Positions 19,775 through 29,269 of a stretch of DNA of 64,000 nt are shown here, piece by piece; the first letter of the stretch is position 1; each line of letters starts with the position of its first letter. A program made the position numbers and the translations under genes. Under the pieces are notes generated by a model. The model did no database searches. It saw nothing but the letters and a program-made list of their open reading frames with translations, and was not told the origin of the DNA. Source of the stretch: Fidelibacterota bacterium (GTDB taxonomy: Bacteria; Fidelibacterota; Fidelibacteria; Fidelibacterales; DSDE01); assembly GCA_046735395.1 (NCBI GenBank), contig JBJKQR010000001.1:59398-123397 (forward strand), written 5' to 3'.

Positions 19775-21781
19775 ATGAGTAAAGCAGACATTAAACGGGC
19801 AGCAGATACAATTCGGCTATTAGCCGCAGACATGATACAGAAGGCAAACAGCGGACATCCGGGCCTGCCCATGGGAATGGCTGACACGGCGGCGGTGCTG
19901 TGGACAAAATTTTACCGTCACAACCCGGAGGATCCGACCTGGATGGGCCGGGACCGTTTTATCCTGTCTCCGGGCCATGGATCTGCCATGCTCTACGCGC
20001 TGCTGCATCTGGCCGGTTATCCCCTGACGCTGGAGGATCTGAAAGGATTCCGTCAATGGAGTACTCTGACGCCGGGGCATCCTGAATACGGTCATACAAG
20101 CGGCGTGGAAGTGACCACAGGGCCCTTGGGTCAGGGCTTTGCCAATGGTGTGGGTATGGCCATGGCCGCCCGTAAACTGGCTGCGGATCTGAAAAGCGCA
20201 GATTCAGGCCTGCTTCCGGAACTTCCCCGGATCTGGGCCATCGTGTCGGATGGGGACATGATGGAAGGCATCACACATGAAGCCGCGTCCCTGGCCGGAC
20301 ATCTGAAGCTCGACAATATGATCTATATTTACGATAAGAATAATATCTCCATTGAGGGCGATACGGATATGGCCTTCACCGAATCCGTTGAACAGCGCTT
20401 CCAGGCTTATGGCTGGCATACACTCGGTATGGATGCGCATGATTTTGATGACATTGAGAAGACACTCGCTGCGGCTCTTGAACTGAAAGGTGCTCCGGTG
20501 CTGATCATCGCCCGCTCACACATCGGGTTCGGTTCACCGAATAAGCACGACACGGCCGGAGTTCATGGCGCTCCTTTGGGCGCTGAGGAACTGGCTCTTA
20601 CCAAAAAGAATCTCGGTTTTGATGAAACCCGGTCTTTTCAGGTTCCAGCTGAAGTGAGAACCTTGTTCGGGGAACGTCTGACTGTATTGAAGGAAAACTA
20701 TAATCGGTGGCAGGATGACTACGCAAAATTCAGACAGAAAAGTCCCGAGCTGGCGAAGCATTTTGATGCGGAGGCAAGCCTCACCATTCCAACTGATCTC
20801 TTCCTGAGCTTTCAGCAGGCGGTCTCGGGTACAAAAATGGCATCGCGGAAATCTTCCGGAAATATGCTGCAGATTGCCGCGGAGAAGGTGCCTGCCCTCT
20901 GGGGAGGATCGGCGGATCTTGCGCCTTCAAACAATACGCTTCTAAAGGCCTATCCCTATATTGACGCGTCAGATTTCAGCGGCAGAAATATTCATTTCGG
21001 TATCCGTGAACACGCCATGGGAGCCATTTCAAACGGTATTGCTCTGTTCGGGCTTCATATCCCCTTTGATGCGACCTTTCTCGTTTTTGCCGATTATATG
21101 CGGCCGTCCCTGAGGCTCGCGGCCATGATGAAGCTCCGGACCATTCATGTCTTTACCCATGACAGTATATATGTGGGGGAGGATGGACCGACCCATCAGC
21201 CTGTGGAGCAGACTGCTGCGCTGCGGCTGATTCCGGGCCTGACTGTGATCCGGCCTGCCGATGAAATCGAAACCGCGGCAGCCTGGCATACGGCATTGAC
21301 CCACAAGAACGGGCCGACCTGTCTGATTCTGTCCCGCCAGTCCATTCCCACCGTTGATCGCGAAAAAGCCTTTTCGCTTGAGGAATTTGAAAAAGGTGCC
21401 TACTGCGTCCATGGCATGAATCTGAAAAATCCTGATATCGTGCTGCTCAGTTCCGGTTCCGAGCTTCCCGTTGCCCTGGAGGCGATCCGGAAAAGCGGCC
21501 TGGAAGACAGAGTACGTCTGCTGGCGGTCCCGTCTCTGGAATTGTTCCGAAATGCGCCCGAATTCTACCGCAAATCCCTGATTCCCGACTCGGTTCCGCT
21601 TACCGTCTCCTTTGAGGCAGGTCCGGCCGGATCCTATTACGAATTTGCGCCCCGGGGCTTCCGGCATATCGGACTGGACCGTTTCGGAGCCTCGGCGCCG
21701 GCTGAAGAACTTCAGAAACGCTTCGGACTGGATGCGGACACGGTGGCGAAACATTTAAGCAAATACATCAGGGAGATTTAA
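19775..21781 (+). CDS. tkt: transketolase
   Basis: SGHPG, RDRFILSPGHGS, TPGHPE, TTGPLGQG, SDGDMMEG, FGIREHAM and THDSIYVGEDGPTHQP. Confidence 0.97.
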   Translation: MSKADIKRAADTIRLLAADMIQKANSGHPGLPMGMADTAAVLWTKFYRHNPEDPTWMGRDRFILSPGHGSAMLYALLHLAGYPLTLEDLKGFRQWSTLTPGHPEYGHTSGVEVTTGPLGQGFANGVGMAMAARKLAADLKSADSGLLPELPRIWAIVSDGDMMEGITHEAASLAGHLKLDNMIYIYDKNNISIEGDTDMAFTESVEQRFQAYGWHTLGMDAHDFDDIEKTLAAALELKGAPVLIIARSHIGFGSPNKHDTAGVHGAPLGAEELALTKKNLGFDETRSFQVPAEVRTLFGERLTVLKENYNRWQDDYAKFRQKSPELAKHFDAEASLTIPTDLFLSFQQAVSGTKMASRKSSGNMLQIAAEKVPALWGGSADLAPSNNTLLKAYPYIDASDFSGRNIHFGIREHAMGAISNGIALFGLHIPFDATFLVFADYMRPSLRLAAMMKLRTIHVFTHDSIYVGEDGPTHQPVEQTAALRLIPGLTVIRPADEIETAAAWHTALTHKNGPTCLILSRQSIPTVDREKAFSLEEFEKGAYCVHGMNLKNPDIVLLSSGSELPVALEAIRKSGLEDRVRLLAVPSLELFRNAPEFYRKSLIPDSVPLTVSFEAGPAGSYYEFAPRGFRHIGLDRFGASAPAEELQKRFGLDADTVAKHLSKYIREI

Positions 21782-21784
21782 ATC

Positions 21785-21994
21785 ATGGAATATTTCAATT
21801 ACAAATGTCCGAAATGCGGTTTTACGGAATACGAACAGGATGAGATGCGAAGCACGGGCGGGCCGCTGGCCAAGATATTTGATGTGCAGAATAAAAAATT
21901 CACAACCATCAGCTGCGCCCGCTGCAAATACACAGAATTCTACAAGATGAAGTCGTCCACCTTCGGCAACGTCATCGATTTCTTTACAAACTGA
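21785..21994 (+). CDS. small zinc-ribbon protein (DUF2082-like)
   Basis: CPKC...CARC pairs, KIFDVQNKKF and YTEFY. Confidence 0.85.
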   Translation: MEYFNYKCPKCGFTEYEQDEMRSTGGPLAKIFDVQNKKFTTISCARCKYTEFYKMKSSTFGNVIDFFTN

Positions 21995-21995
21995 T

Positions 21996-23303
21996 TTATT
22001 TTATATGATCATGGAGCAGGGGAAGAGCATCAACTTTTTCATCTGTTAAGCTGAACGCGGACGACAGCCGATCCGCGACTTTTACGAGCGCATCCCTGTT
22101 TTCGGAATAAAGGGTGGCCAGGGTATCTCCGCGGGAAATTTTATCACCGACTTTGGCCGCGACCGTCATTCCTGCACGGGGTGAAATTTTATCTGAATGC
22201 TGTTTTCGTCCCGCACCGAGCTCAATAGCCTGCAATCCGAGCATATAGGCATCAATGGACTTCAGGTAACCGTTTCTATCCGCGCGGATCACATGGTTGA
22301 AGGCAGCTTCGCCCATGGATTTTTTCCCGGTCAGATAATCCGTGTCCCCGCCCTGGGCCCTGCTGATTTCGCAGAATTTTTCGAAAGCCTGTCCGCTGTC
22401 GAGAAGCTGCACGAGTTCCTTGCGGATGGATTCATCGCTGCTGTCCGGGAAGGCCATTTTCATCAGGTGGGTGGAAAGGACAAGACTCAGCTCTCTCACA
22501 TCATCGGGCCCCTTGCCCTGCAGGACATCCAGTGATTCCTGAATCTCGAGCCAGTTTCCGACCGTATGGCCGAGCGGCTGATTCATATCGCTGATCTGAG
22601 CCTGTACATTCAGGCCGAAGGCTTTTCCGAACAGAACCAGGTTTTCGGCGAGTTCACGGCTGGACTGAGGATCCTGCATAAAGGCGCCAATGCCGGTCTT
22701 CACATCCAGAATAAGGCCCTGAATCCCTTCCGCCGTCTTTTTACTCAGAATGGATGCACAGATGAGCGGGATGCTGCGGACGGTGGCCGTCACATCCCGA
22801 AGAGCATAGAGTTTCTTGTCTGCGGGACAGATATTCTCTGTCTGCCCGATGAGAGCGCAGCCGATCTCTTTCGTCTGTTTTTCGAAATCATCCATACTCA
22901 GGGCTGTATTGAAGCCGGGGATGGATTCCAGTTTGTCCAGGGTGCCGCCGCTGTGGCCCAGTCCCCGACCTGATATCATGGGAATGCGCAGTGTATCTGT
23001 CGCGGCCAGAAGCGGGGCGAGGATGATGCTGATTTTATCGCCCACACCGCCTGTACTGTGTTTATCGGCATAATAATAGCCCTGATCCCGGAATCGTTTA
23101 TGATCGCCGCTTTCAATGATGAGCTGTATCAGGTGTTTTACTTCTTCCTCATTCATACCGCGAAAATAGATGGCCATCAGCAGGGCCGACATCTGATAAT
23201 CGGGAAGCTCTCCCTTTACAAATCCGTTCACAAAAAATGCAAGTTCGTCAAAGGACAGGGGAAGCCCCTGCTGTTTCTTTTCAATGACACTATAGGCCAG
23301 CAT
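21996..23303 (-). CDS. pdp: pyrimidine-nucleoside/thymidine phosphorylase
   Basis: DKHSTGGVGDK, SGRGLGHSGGTLDKLESIPG, PADKKLYALRDVTATV and LGAGR. Confidence 0.95.
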   Translation of the reverse strand: MLAYSVIEKKQQGLPLSFDELAFFVNGFVKGELPDYQMSALLMAIYFRGMNEEEVKHLIQLIIESGDHKRFRDQGYYYADKHSTGGVGDKISIILAPLLAATDTLRIPMISGRGLGHSGGTLDKLESIPGFNTALSMDDFEKQTKEIGCALIGQTENICPADKKLYALRDVTATVRSIPLICASILSKKTAEGIQGLILDVKTGIGAFMQDPQSSRELAENLVLFGKAFGLNVQAQISDMNQPLGHTVGNWLEIQESLDVLQGKGPDDVRELSLVLSTHLMKMAFPDSSDESIRKELVQLLDSGQAFEKFCEISRAQGGDTDYLTGKKSMGEAAFNHVIRADRNGYLKSIDAYMLGLQAIELGAGRKQHSDKISPRAGMTVAAKVGDKISRGDTLATLYSENRDALVKVADRLSSAFSLTDEKVDALPLLHDHIK

Positions 23304-23315
23304 ATCGGAATCCTT

Positions 23316-23825
23316 TTATTTCAATTTATGTTTTTTTGCTGTTTCGACGTAATGATGCGCGGACTCAATGATGGACTGAAGTTCTTCATCCGTAACCGGC
23401 CGGACAACACGGGCGGGAACGCCGGCCACCATGCTGTGCGGGGGAACGGCATACTTCTCCTTTACCAGTGATCCTGCGGCAACGATGGCGCCCTCGCCGA
23501 TGCTGCAGCCGTTCAGAAGCGTGGCGCCCATCCCGATGAGGGCATGGTCGGCAATTGTGCAGCCATGAATGGTGGCACCGTGGCCGATGGTCACCTCCGA
23601 ACCGATTACTACGGGATAATCATGATCCACATGAACTGTGCAGTTGTCCTGTATATTTGTACGGGCACCGATGTGGACAGAATTGATATCGCCCCGGATT
23701 ACGCTGTTATACCAGATATTTACGCCTTCGGCTATGTTCACGTCGCCGATCACGAACACGCCGGGCATGAGCGTGGCCCGATCGTCAATGACGGGGGATA
23801 TGTTATTGTAAATAATACGGTTCAT
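23316..23825 (-). CDS. gamma-class carbonic anhydrase family protein (YrdA/PaaY-like)
   Basis: Hexapeptide repeats, VIRGD, NIQDNCTVH and IGHGATIHGC; ATG 23825 overlaps the lptF stop (ATGA). Confidence 0.92.
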   Translation of the reverse strand: MNRIIYNNISPVIDDRATLMPGVFVIGDVNIAEGVNIWYNSVIRGDINSVHIGARTNIQDNCTVHVDHDYPVVIGSEVTIGHGATIHGCTIADHALIGMGATLLNGCSIGEGAIVAAGSLVKEKYAVPPHSMVAGVPARVVRPVTDEELQSIIESAHHYVETAKKHKLK

Positions 23826-25204
23826 TCCTCTTTCTCCTGTAGAAACTGCTGCAGGACAGCAGGTATCTTGATGGCTATCCGTTCGTGGATGGCGTACCAG
23901 ATGAGCAGGACGCCGGCAACGGAAAAGATGAGATTCGGGCCCCACATGGCCAGCCAGGGCTGGAGCAGATCCCTGTCGGAAAGCTGTTCGCCGCCCATCA
24001 TCATGGCCCAGTAGATCAGAAAAAATAGCAGGCTGAGACCGCTGGCAATGGCCATTCCGCCCCGGCGGGCAATCATTCCCAGCGGAGCTCCGACCATAAT
24101 GAAAATAATACAGGCCACGGGCATGGCAATTTTTTTATGAATTTCCACCATATATTTGTTCATCTGCTTCTGATAACTTTCCCAGATTTTGGCATTGCTT
24201 TCCAGCCGGCGAAGGGTGGTTTTCAATTGTTTCTGACTGCGCAGCTCTGCATGGGTCGGGCGTTCACCGGGCCTTCCGATGCGGGACAGAGTATCGTTTA
24301 CCAGGCTTGTCAGTCCGGCAAAGGAAGAGGATAAGGAATCCGTACGCATATTCCGGGGCAGCAGTTCCCGGCTCATTTTCATCAGGCCTGTCTGTTTGCC
24401 TTCATATCGCCGGACTTCAGCGAGCATGGATTGTATATCCATTTCACGATCGCCCTTCCGGGCCGTGTCGCGACGTTCCAGCATCATATTTTCAACCGGA
24501 ATGGTGATGCGGTGACGTTCGTATTTCAGAATCCGGTATTCGGATTTTTCAGGTTTGTCGGGGAGTTCATGAATTTCACCGTCATAGAGGTTCAGAATGA
24601 CCTGATTACCCATGATTTCCATTTTCCCGCGCGCGGCCCAGATCGTGATTTTGGTGCCATTGGGCTTATTGTGGAAAATGATGAGATCCTTCATGATATC
24701 TCCGTCCTTGTCCCGCATGAATACGGTATAATCGGGAATATCATAGATGAAATATCCGGGTTCGAGATTGAGATCGGGATGTTTGCGGTAAATGTCGCCT
24801 CTCAGGAGCCGGGCCTGGTGGTTTGCATCCGGCAGAATGAAATTATTGAAAAAGAGCAGGAAGATCATGACCAGGACTGCAAAGGCGATGGATGGCCGGA
24901 GAATGCTGGAGAAGGAAATGCCGTTGGCGCGGATTGCGGTAATCTCATTATCCTCCCCGAGACGGCCGAAGACCATCAGGGTGGAAATGAGAACAGACAT
25001 GGGGATGGACATTGCAAAAATCCAGGCAAGATTGAGAACGATAAATTCGCTGATGATCTTGAAACCGAGATTTTTTCCCAGCAGCCGGTCGAGGGATTTG
25101 AGAATGAAATTGCTGAGAAACAGGAACGAGATCACTACATTTGAGCCGATGAACGGCACCACGTGCTCCCGAAAAATATAGGATGAAAGAGTTTTCTGTT
25201 TCAC
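23822..25204 (-). CDS. lptF: LPS export ABC permease LptF/LptG family
   Basis: GRLGEDNEITAIRANGIS and EIHKKIAMPVACIIF..GAPLG; 3+3 TM helices around a periplasmic domain. Confidence 0.88.
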   Translation of the reverse strand: MKQKTLSSYIFREHVVPFIGSNVVISFLFLSNFILKSLDRLLGKNLGFKIISEFIVLNLAWIFAMSIPMSVLISTLMVFGRLGEDNEITAIRANGISFSSILRPSIAFAVLVMIFLLFFNNFILPDANHQARLLRGDIYRKHPDLNLEPGYFIYDIPDYTVFMRDKDGDIMKDLIIFHNKPNGTKITIWAARGKMEIMGNQVILNLYDGEIHELPDKPEKSEYRILKYERHRITIPVENMMLERRDTARKGDREMDIQSMLAEVRRYEGKQTGLMKMSRELLPRNMRTDSLSSSFAGLTSLVNDTLSRIGRPGERPTHAELRSQKQLKTTLRRLESNAKIWESYQKQMNKYMVEIHKKIAMPVACIIFIMVGAPLGMIARRGGMAIASGLSLLFFLIYWAMMMGGEQLSDRDLLQPWLAMWGPNLIFSVAGVLLIWYAIHERIAIKIPAVLQQFLQEKEE

Positions 25205-25221
25205 GGAATGCTTGTTTCGGA

Positions 25222-28200
25222 TTAGAAATCGCCTCCCAGCGAGAAGAGGTACTGGGGACGGGAAAAATTGCGTCCGTCATATCGCCAGGCCGTATCGATA
25301 CGCAGCAGGAAATATCCCAGAAAAATGCGCAGGCCCACGCCGGAGGACAGCATAAAATCATCATAAGTACTGCTGAAAATCGGAATAAAATCGGGATTTT
25401 TCCAGAGATTCAGCTTGTTTGACCAGGCCGTGCCCATATCGGTAAAGAGTATGCCCCGTACCTGATAAAGCGTAACCGGGAGCGGAAAGCGCAGTTTGGC
25501 ATATTCGATGAAGGGATAACGAAATTCGGCATTCATGACGAAGAAATGGTTTCCCGATTTTTCGAAATAGGGAACACCCCGCATCGGCGTGACAAATCGT
25601 GAAAAATAATAGAGGTTCATGTCCTCGGAAAAGCCGTCGGAGGAATTTCCGAAGATGGGCGCGTTGGCGTTATACCTGTAATTGAGCCAGTTGTCCACGC
25701 CCCCGACCATGAAAGTCTGGGGTGTTTTGCCCCAACTGGTGCCGGCGTTGAGGCGGACTGCGAAATGATAATCGAAATTTGCCTTCCAGTATTTTCTGAA
25801 ATCCAGCGTAAGGGACGTGAAGGAGGGATTTCGTGTATCAATCTCGGGAACATTATCTACGGTAAGGTTATAGCGCATGCCGTCCATGGGGGCGGTATAA
25901 CTCCATATGACATTGTCCGAAACAAGGGAAAAACTGTTGATGAGCATCCCGAGTTTACTGTTGTACATATCAGCCAGAACCGGACTGTCGAGCACATTTC
26001 GTTCCGCCACATACCAGGTTTCGTTCAGATCCATTCGCGTAAACCGGTTGAAGGGATAGCTGGCATAGAGGGAAGACCCGTAATTCCGGAACTGGGTGAT
26101 GGCGATATTATTCCCAAGATAGCTGTAATAATAGTCTGAATAATTGAAATAACCCGCACCCACATTGAGCCGGTGCTTGAGATAAGCATAGGAAATGCTG
26201 TAGTCACTGTTTTTCAGATCAATATAGAGCTCTGTGGTGAGGCCGATCTGATGATTCCCAAACACGTCTGAAAAGAGAAACACGGAATAGCCCTGGAATC
26301 CGTAAAAGGTGCTGTAGCCGAGCTGGCTGTCCACCAGATCCAGTGAAAACTTGGTCTTGTAGGGATGATCCAGATATTTGCCGCTGTCATCCATGAAGCG
26401 GGTGGAATCCATGGAAATGGTATCCCCCACAGCCACACCCTGAGAGAGCAGAGAATGGGAATAATTGGGAATGAAAACATAATGACGATAATTTTCACCG
26501 TCGCTGTCCCGATTGGACGGAATGGTCTCCATGGCCTTCCTCACCGAATCATCCGCGACAGACACAATGGTGAGATTGGTATCGGACAGGGCGGATGCGG
26601 TGGATGCCCGACTCGAATTACTGTCCTTTTTAAATGCGGTCGCTTCCAGAGTCACCGCGGGCATATCAAAGATATTATTGATACGATAGATATCCCAGCC
26701 GCTGTTCTGAAATGCGGAGAAGTACAGGGTCCGGTTGTCGGAAGACAGGCTGGGATAAAAAATGCCGCCGAGAATATTGGTGACAGGCCGGGCGTTTCCA
26801 TTGAGGTCCCGTATCCACAGATTGGAAATTCCGTTTTCATCGCAGGTATACACGATATTCCGTCCATCGGATGAAAAGAGGGGATAGTTCTCATTGTCAT
26901 CCGTCTGTGTGTACTGTTTCCGGCTTCCATCCTGAACATTAATGCTGTAGATATCGTGCTGATAGGGATGCTTGAAGTCGCTCTGGTCTTTTTTCATGCG
27001 TTCCGAGCTGTAAAGCAGAGTTGTGCCGTCGGAGGACCAGGCAGGATTTGCGTCACGCCATTTATCATGGGTAATATTTGTCAGTTTGCCCGAATCTATA
27101 TCGTAAGTGTAGAGATCGGATTGAGTTCCGTCATTCCCCTCAAAGGCGATGAGCGGTTTACTGGGATGCCAGACAGCGGAATAGATCCCTTTCAGTCGGA
27201 TAATGGGAATAAACCGTTTGTGGCCGGTCTTCTGATCCACGATGACCAGGGCGTCATTCTTGCCGCTTTTAGCGGCAAATACGATACTTTTTTCGTCCGG
27301 AGACCAGGAAATGCTGGGGGCCAGCCATTTAAGTTCCTCCAGGTCGGCCTGCCGGTTTCCCTTCACCAGCCTGCGGTTTTCGCTGCCGTCGGAGGCATTC
27401 ATCAGATAAATATCCGCATAGCCGTCGCGGTCACTGAGATAGGCGATGCGGCTGCCGCTGGGGCTGATGGCCGGCGCGATATTCTGATAATTCTTCTGTT
27501 TCTCATGATCGGTGAGCTGAACCGAAATTCCGGTTACATCCTCCGCCATGGAAATTTCCGGCCAGTACTGGGTCTTCAGGTACGTATGCCAGTCTTCACT
27601 GAATTTTTCAGGCCCCATATTGAAGGTCTTCTGTATACAGCGTTCCACACTATGGCTGCTTTTCAGGTTGGCATAGAATTCGGTGATCTTCTGACTGCCG
27701 TAGGTATCATGAATGAAGCGGAAAATGCTTTGGCCGCCTTTGTAGGCGTAGTATCCGTTCAGGTTATCAATGGGAATGAAGCGGCTCTGGAAGGCAAAAT
27801 CTCTCATGAACATATCCGCCTGTACATCCCAGTCAAGCGATTCGTATTCACTGCTGCCCTCCGACAGCCACAGCGGGATGTTCAGCTTGACGGCACCACT
27901 GATCAGCGACTGTACCGACCCACCGTAGTACATGTCATTCATGAAGGCATGGGTGAGTTCGTGATGAATAACATGCCGAAAATCCTCGTAGGAACCTTCA
28001 AAGGGGAGAACGACACGGTTCTTATACAACTCGGTTACACCGCCGACACCTTCTTCCATATATTCGGACACGACATTCGTCTGCTGAAAGGCATTATGAC
28101 TGTTGTAAATAATGATGGCATAGCGTCTCTGCAGGGACCAGTTGAAGGTCTCACGTATCGATTGATACGCCTTCTCCGATTCACCGGCTGCAAATTCAGC

Positions 28201-28356
28201 CAGTTCCTTGCTGTCCGTACTGTAATAGATGTCAAAATGAGAGCTCTGGATGTACTGCCATTTGAACTGATCGTATCGGACTTTGTTCTTTCCGAATTGG
28301 CCCAGAGCAGCGGATACAGAGAGGAGGAGCAAGGCGGAGAGGAGTCGTATTTTCAC
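25222..28356 (-). CDS. Omp85/BamA-TamA-like barrel protein with N-terminal gluzincin (peptidase MA-like) and PD40 beta-propeller domains
   Basis: HELTH...PLWLSEG zinc motif; repeated P.(W/F)S.DG propeller blades; C-terminal NAEFRYP, FTDMG, GVGLR and FSLGGDF Omp85-like strands. Confidence 0.85.
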   Translation of the reverse strand: MKIRLLSALLLLSVSAALGQFGKNKVRYDQFKWQYIQSSHFDIYYSTDSKELAEFAAGESEKAYQSIRETFNWSLQRRYAIIIYNSHNAFQQTNVVSEYMEEGVGGVTELYKNRVVLPFEGSYEDFRHVIHHELTHAFMNDMYYGGSVQSLISGAVKLNIPLWLSEGSSEYESLDWDVQADMFMRDFAFQSRFIPIDNLNGYYAYKGGQSIFRFIHDTYGSQKITEFYANLKSSHSVERCIQKTFNMGPEKFSEDWHTYLKTQYWPEISMAEDVTGISVQLTDHEKQKNYQNIAPAISPSGSRIAYLSDRDGYADIYLMNASDGSENRRLVKGNRQADLEELKWLAPSISWSPDEKSIVFAAKSGKNDALVIVDQKTGHKRFIPIIRLKGIYSAVWHPSKPLIAFEGNDGTQSDLYTYDIDSGKLTNITHDKWRDANPAWSSDGTTLLYSSERMKKDQSDFKHPYQHDIYSINVQDGSRKQYTQTDDNENYPLFSSDGRNIVYTCDENGISNLWIRDLNGNARPVTNILGGIFYPSLSSDNRTLYFSAFQNSGWDIYRINNIFDMPAVTLEATAFKKDSNSSRASTASALSDTNLTIVSVADDSVRKAMETIPSNRDSDGENYRHYVFIPNYSHSLLSQGVAVGDTISMDSTRFMDDSGKYLDHPYKTKFSLDLVDSQLGYSTFYGFQGYSVFLFSDVFGNHQIGLTTELYIDLKNSDYSISYAYLKHRLNVGAGYFNYSDYYYSYLGNNIAITQFRNYGSSLYASYPFNRFTRMDLNETWYVAERNVLDSPVLADMYNSKLGMLINSFSLVSDNVIWSYTAPMDGMRYNLTVDNVPEIDTRNPSFTSLTLDFRKYWKANFDYHFAVRLNAGTSWGKTPQTFMVGGVDNWLNYRYNANAPIFGNSSDGFSEDMNLYYFSRFVTPMRGVPYFEKSGNHFFVMNAEFRYPFIEYAKLRFPLPVTLYQVRGILFTDMGTAWSNKLNLWKNPDFIPIFSSTYDDFMLSSGVGLRIFLGYFLLRIDTAWRYDGRNFSRPQYLFSLGGDF

Positions 28357-28392
28357 AGAATTTCTCCTTGGAAATTAAAAGGAAGAATATAT

Positions 28393-28418
28393 AAAAAAAG
28401 CCTTGAAGTCAAGGCTTT
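28393..28418 (-). terminator. terminator after the BMC genes, overlapping the next promoter
   Basis: Minus strand AAAGCCTTGA-CT-TCAAGGCTTT plus T run; contains TTGACT-N17-TATTCT. Confidence 0.75.
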
Positions 28419-28440
28419 ACTAAGTGATTTGCGGCGGGGA

Positions 28441-28884
28441 CTATTCGGATTTTTTCAGAAGCTGAAGGAGGGTTTCCTTGCTGGCCGATGAGATTTCACG
28501 GCCACTCAGCTGGATATCCGGATTGTCGCGTGCAATCTTTCTCAATTCATTGACCGTCATGGATTCAAGACGATCTGAATTCTCGCTGGTCTCGGCGTTT
28601 CCCGGTATAAGCTGGCGAATCATTTCCGCAGTGAAGGTGTCCGGGCGCGGAATAATGTGGGTTCCGACCAGTTCGCCTATCTTTTCGGCGGCTGCAGCAC
28701 CGGCATTCACGGCACTTTTCACAGCGCCGGTTTCACCGCTGATCAGAATAATAACCAGACCGCCGCCGCTGTATTCCTTGGCCAGAAGCTTGACATTGGC
28801 TGCCTTGACCATGGCATCAGCGCCTTCGATAGCAGCTACGAGACCTCTTGTTTCCAGAAGCCCGAGGGCATTTTCATAACTCAT
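28441..28884 (-). CDS. BMC-H microcompartment shell protein with C-terminal Rho-N-like helical domain
   Basis: [24 protein letters not shown]...HIIPRP BMC domain; tail LESMTVNELRKIAR...ISSASKETLLQLL. Confidence 0.9.
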   Translation of the reverse strand: MSYENALGLLETRGLVAAIEGADAMVKAANVKLLAKEYSGGGLVIILISGETGAVKSAVNAGAAAAEKIGELVGTHIIPRPDTFTAEMIRQLIPGNAETSENSDRLESMTVNELRKIARDNPDIQLSGREISSASKETLLQLLKKSE

Positions 28885-28899
28885 GATAATATCCTGGTT

Positions 28900-29175
28900 T
28901 TAGGGCAGTATTTTCTCGACATCACTGTGGGGACGGGGAATGACATGAACCGATACCAGCTCGCCAACCTTTTCAGCTGCTGCTGCACCGGCATCTGTCG
29001 CCGCCTTTACCGCTCCCACGTCTCCGCGAACCATTACGGTCACGAATCCACTGCCGATTTTTTCCTTGCCGATCAGTCGCACATTTGCTGCTTTTACCAT
29101 CGCATCCGCCGCTTCGATGGCACCGATCAGGCCCCGTGTTTCAACCATTCCCAGAGCATCTAAACTAATTGTCAT
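28900..29175 (-). CDS. BMC-H microcompartment shell protein (EutM/PduA/CcmK-like)
   Basis: [23 protein letters not shown] pore motif, [10 protein letters not shown] and HVIPRPH. Confidence 0.96.
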   Translation of the reverse strand: MTISLDALGMVETRGLIGAIEAADAMVKAANVRLIGKEKIGSGFVTVMVRGDVGAVKAATDAGAAAAEKVGELVSVHVIPRPHSDVEKILP

Positions 29176-29217
29176 TGAACCTCCAAAAAATCCCGTTCAC
29201 GTGGGATTGTGTTTTTT

Positions 29218-29250
29218 AAAAAAAGTGAACCCCGTGTTGCCACGGGGTTC
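29218..29250 (-). terminator. intrinsic terminator after hup
   Basis: Minus strand GAACCCCGTG-GCAA-CACGGGGTTC followed by ACTTTTTTT. Confidence 0.85.
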
Positions 29251-29269
29251 GAATTCGGTATAAAAAGCC

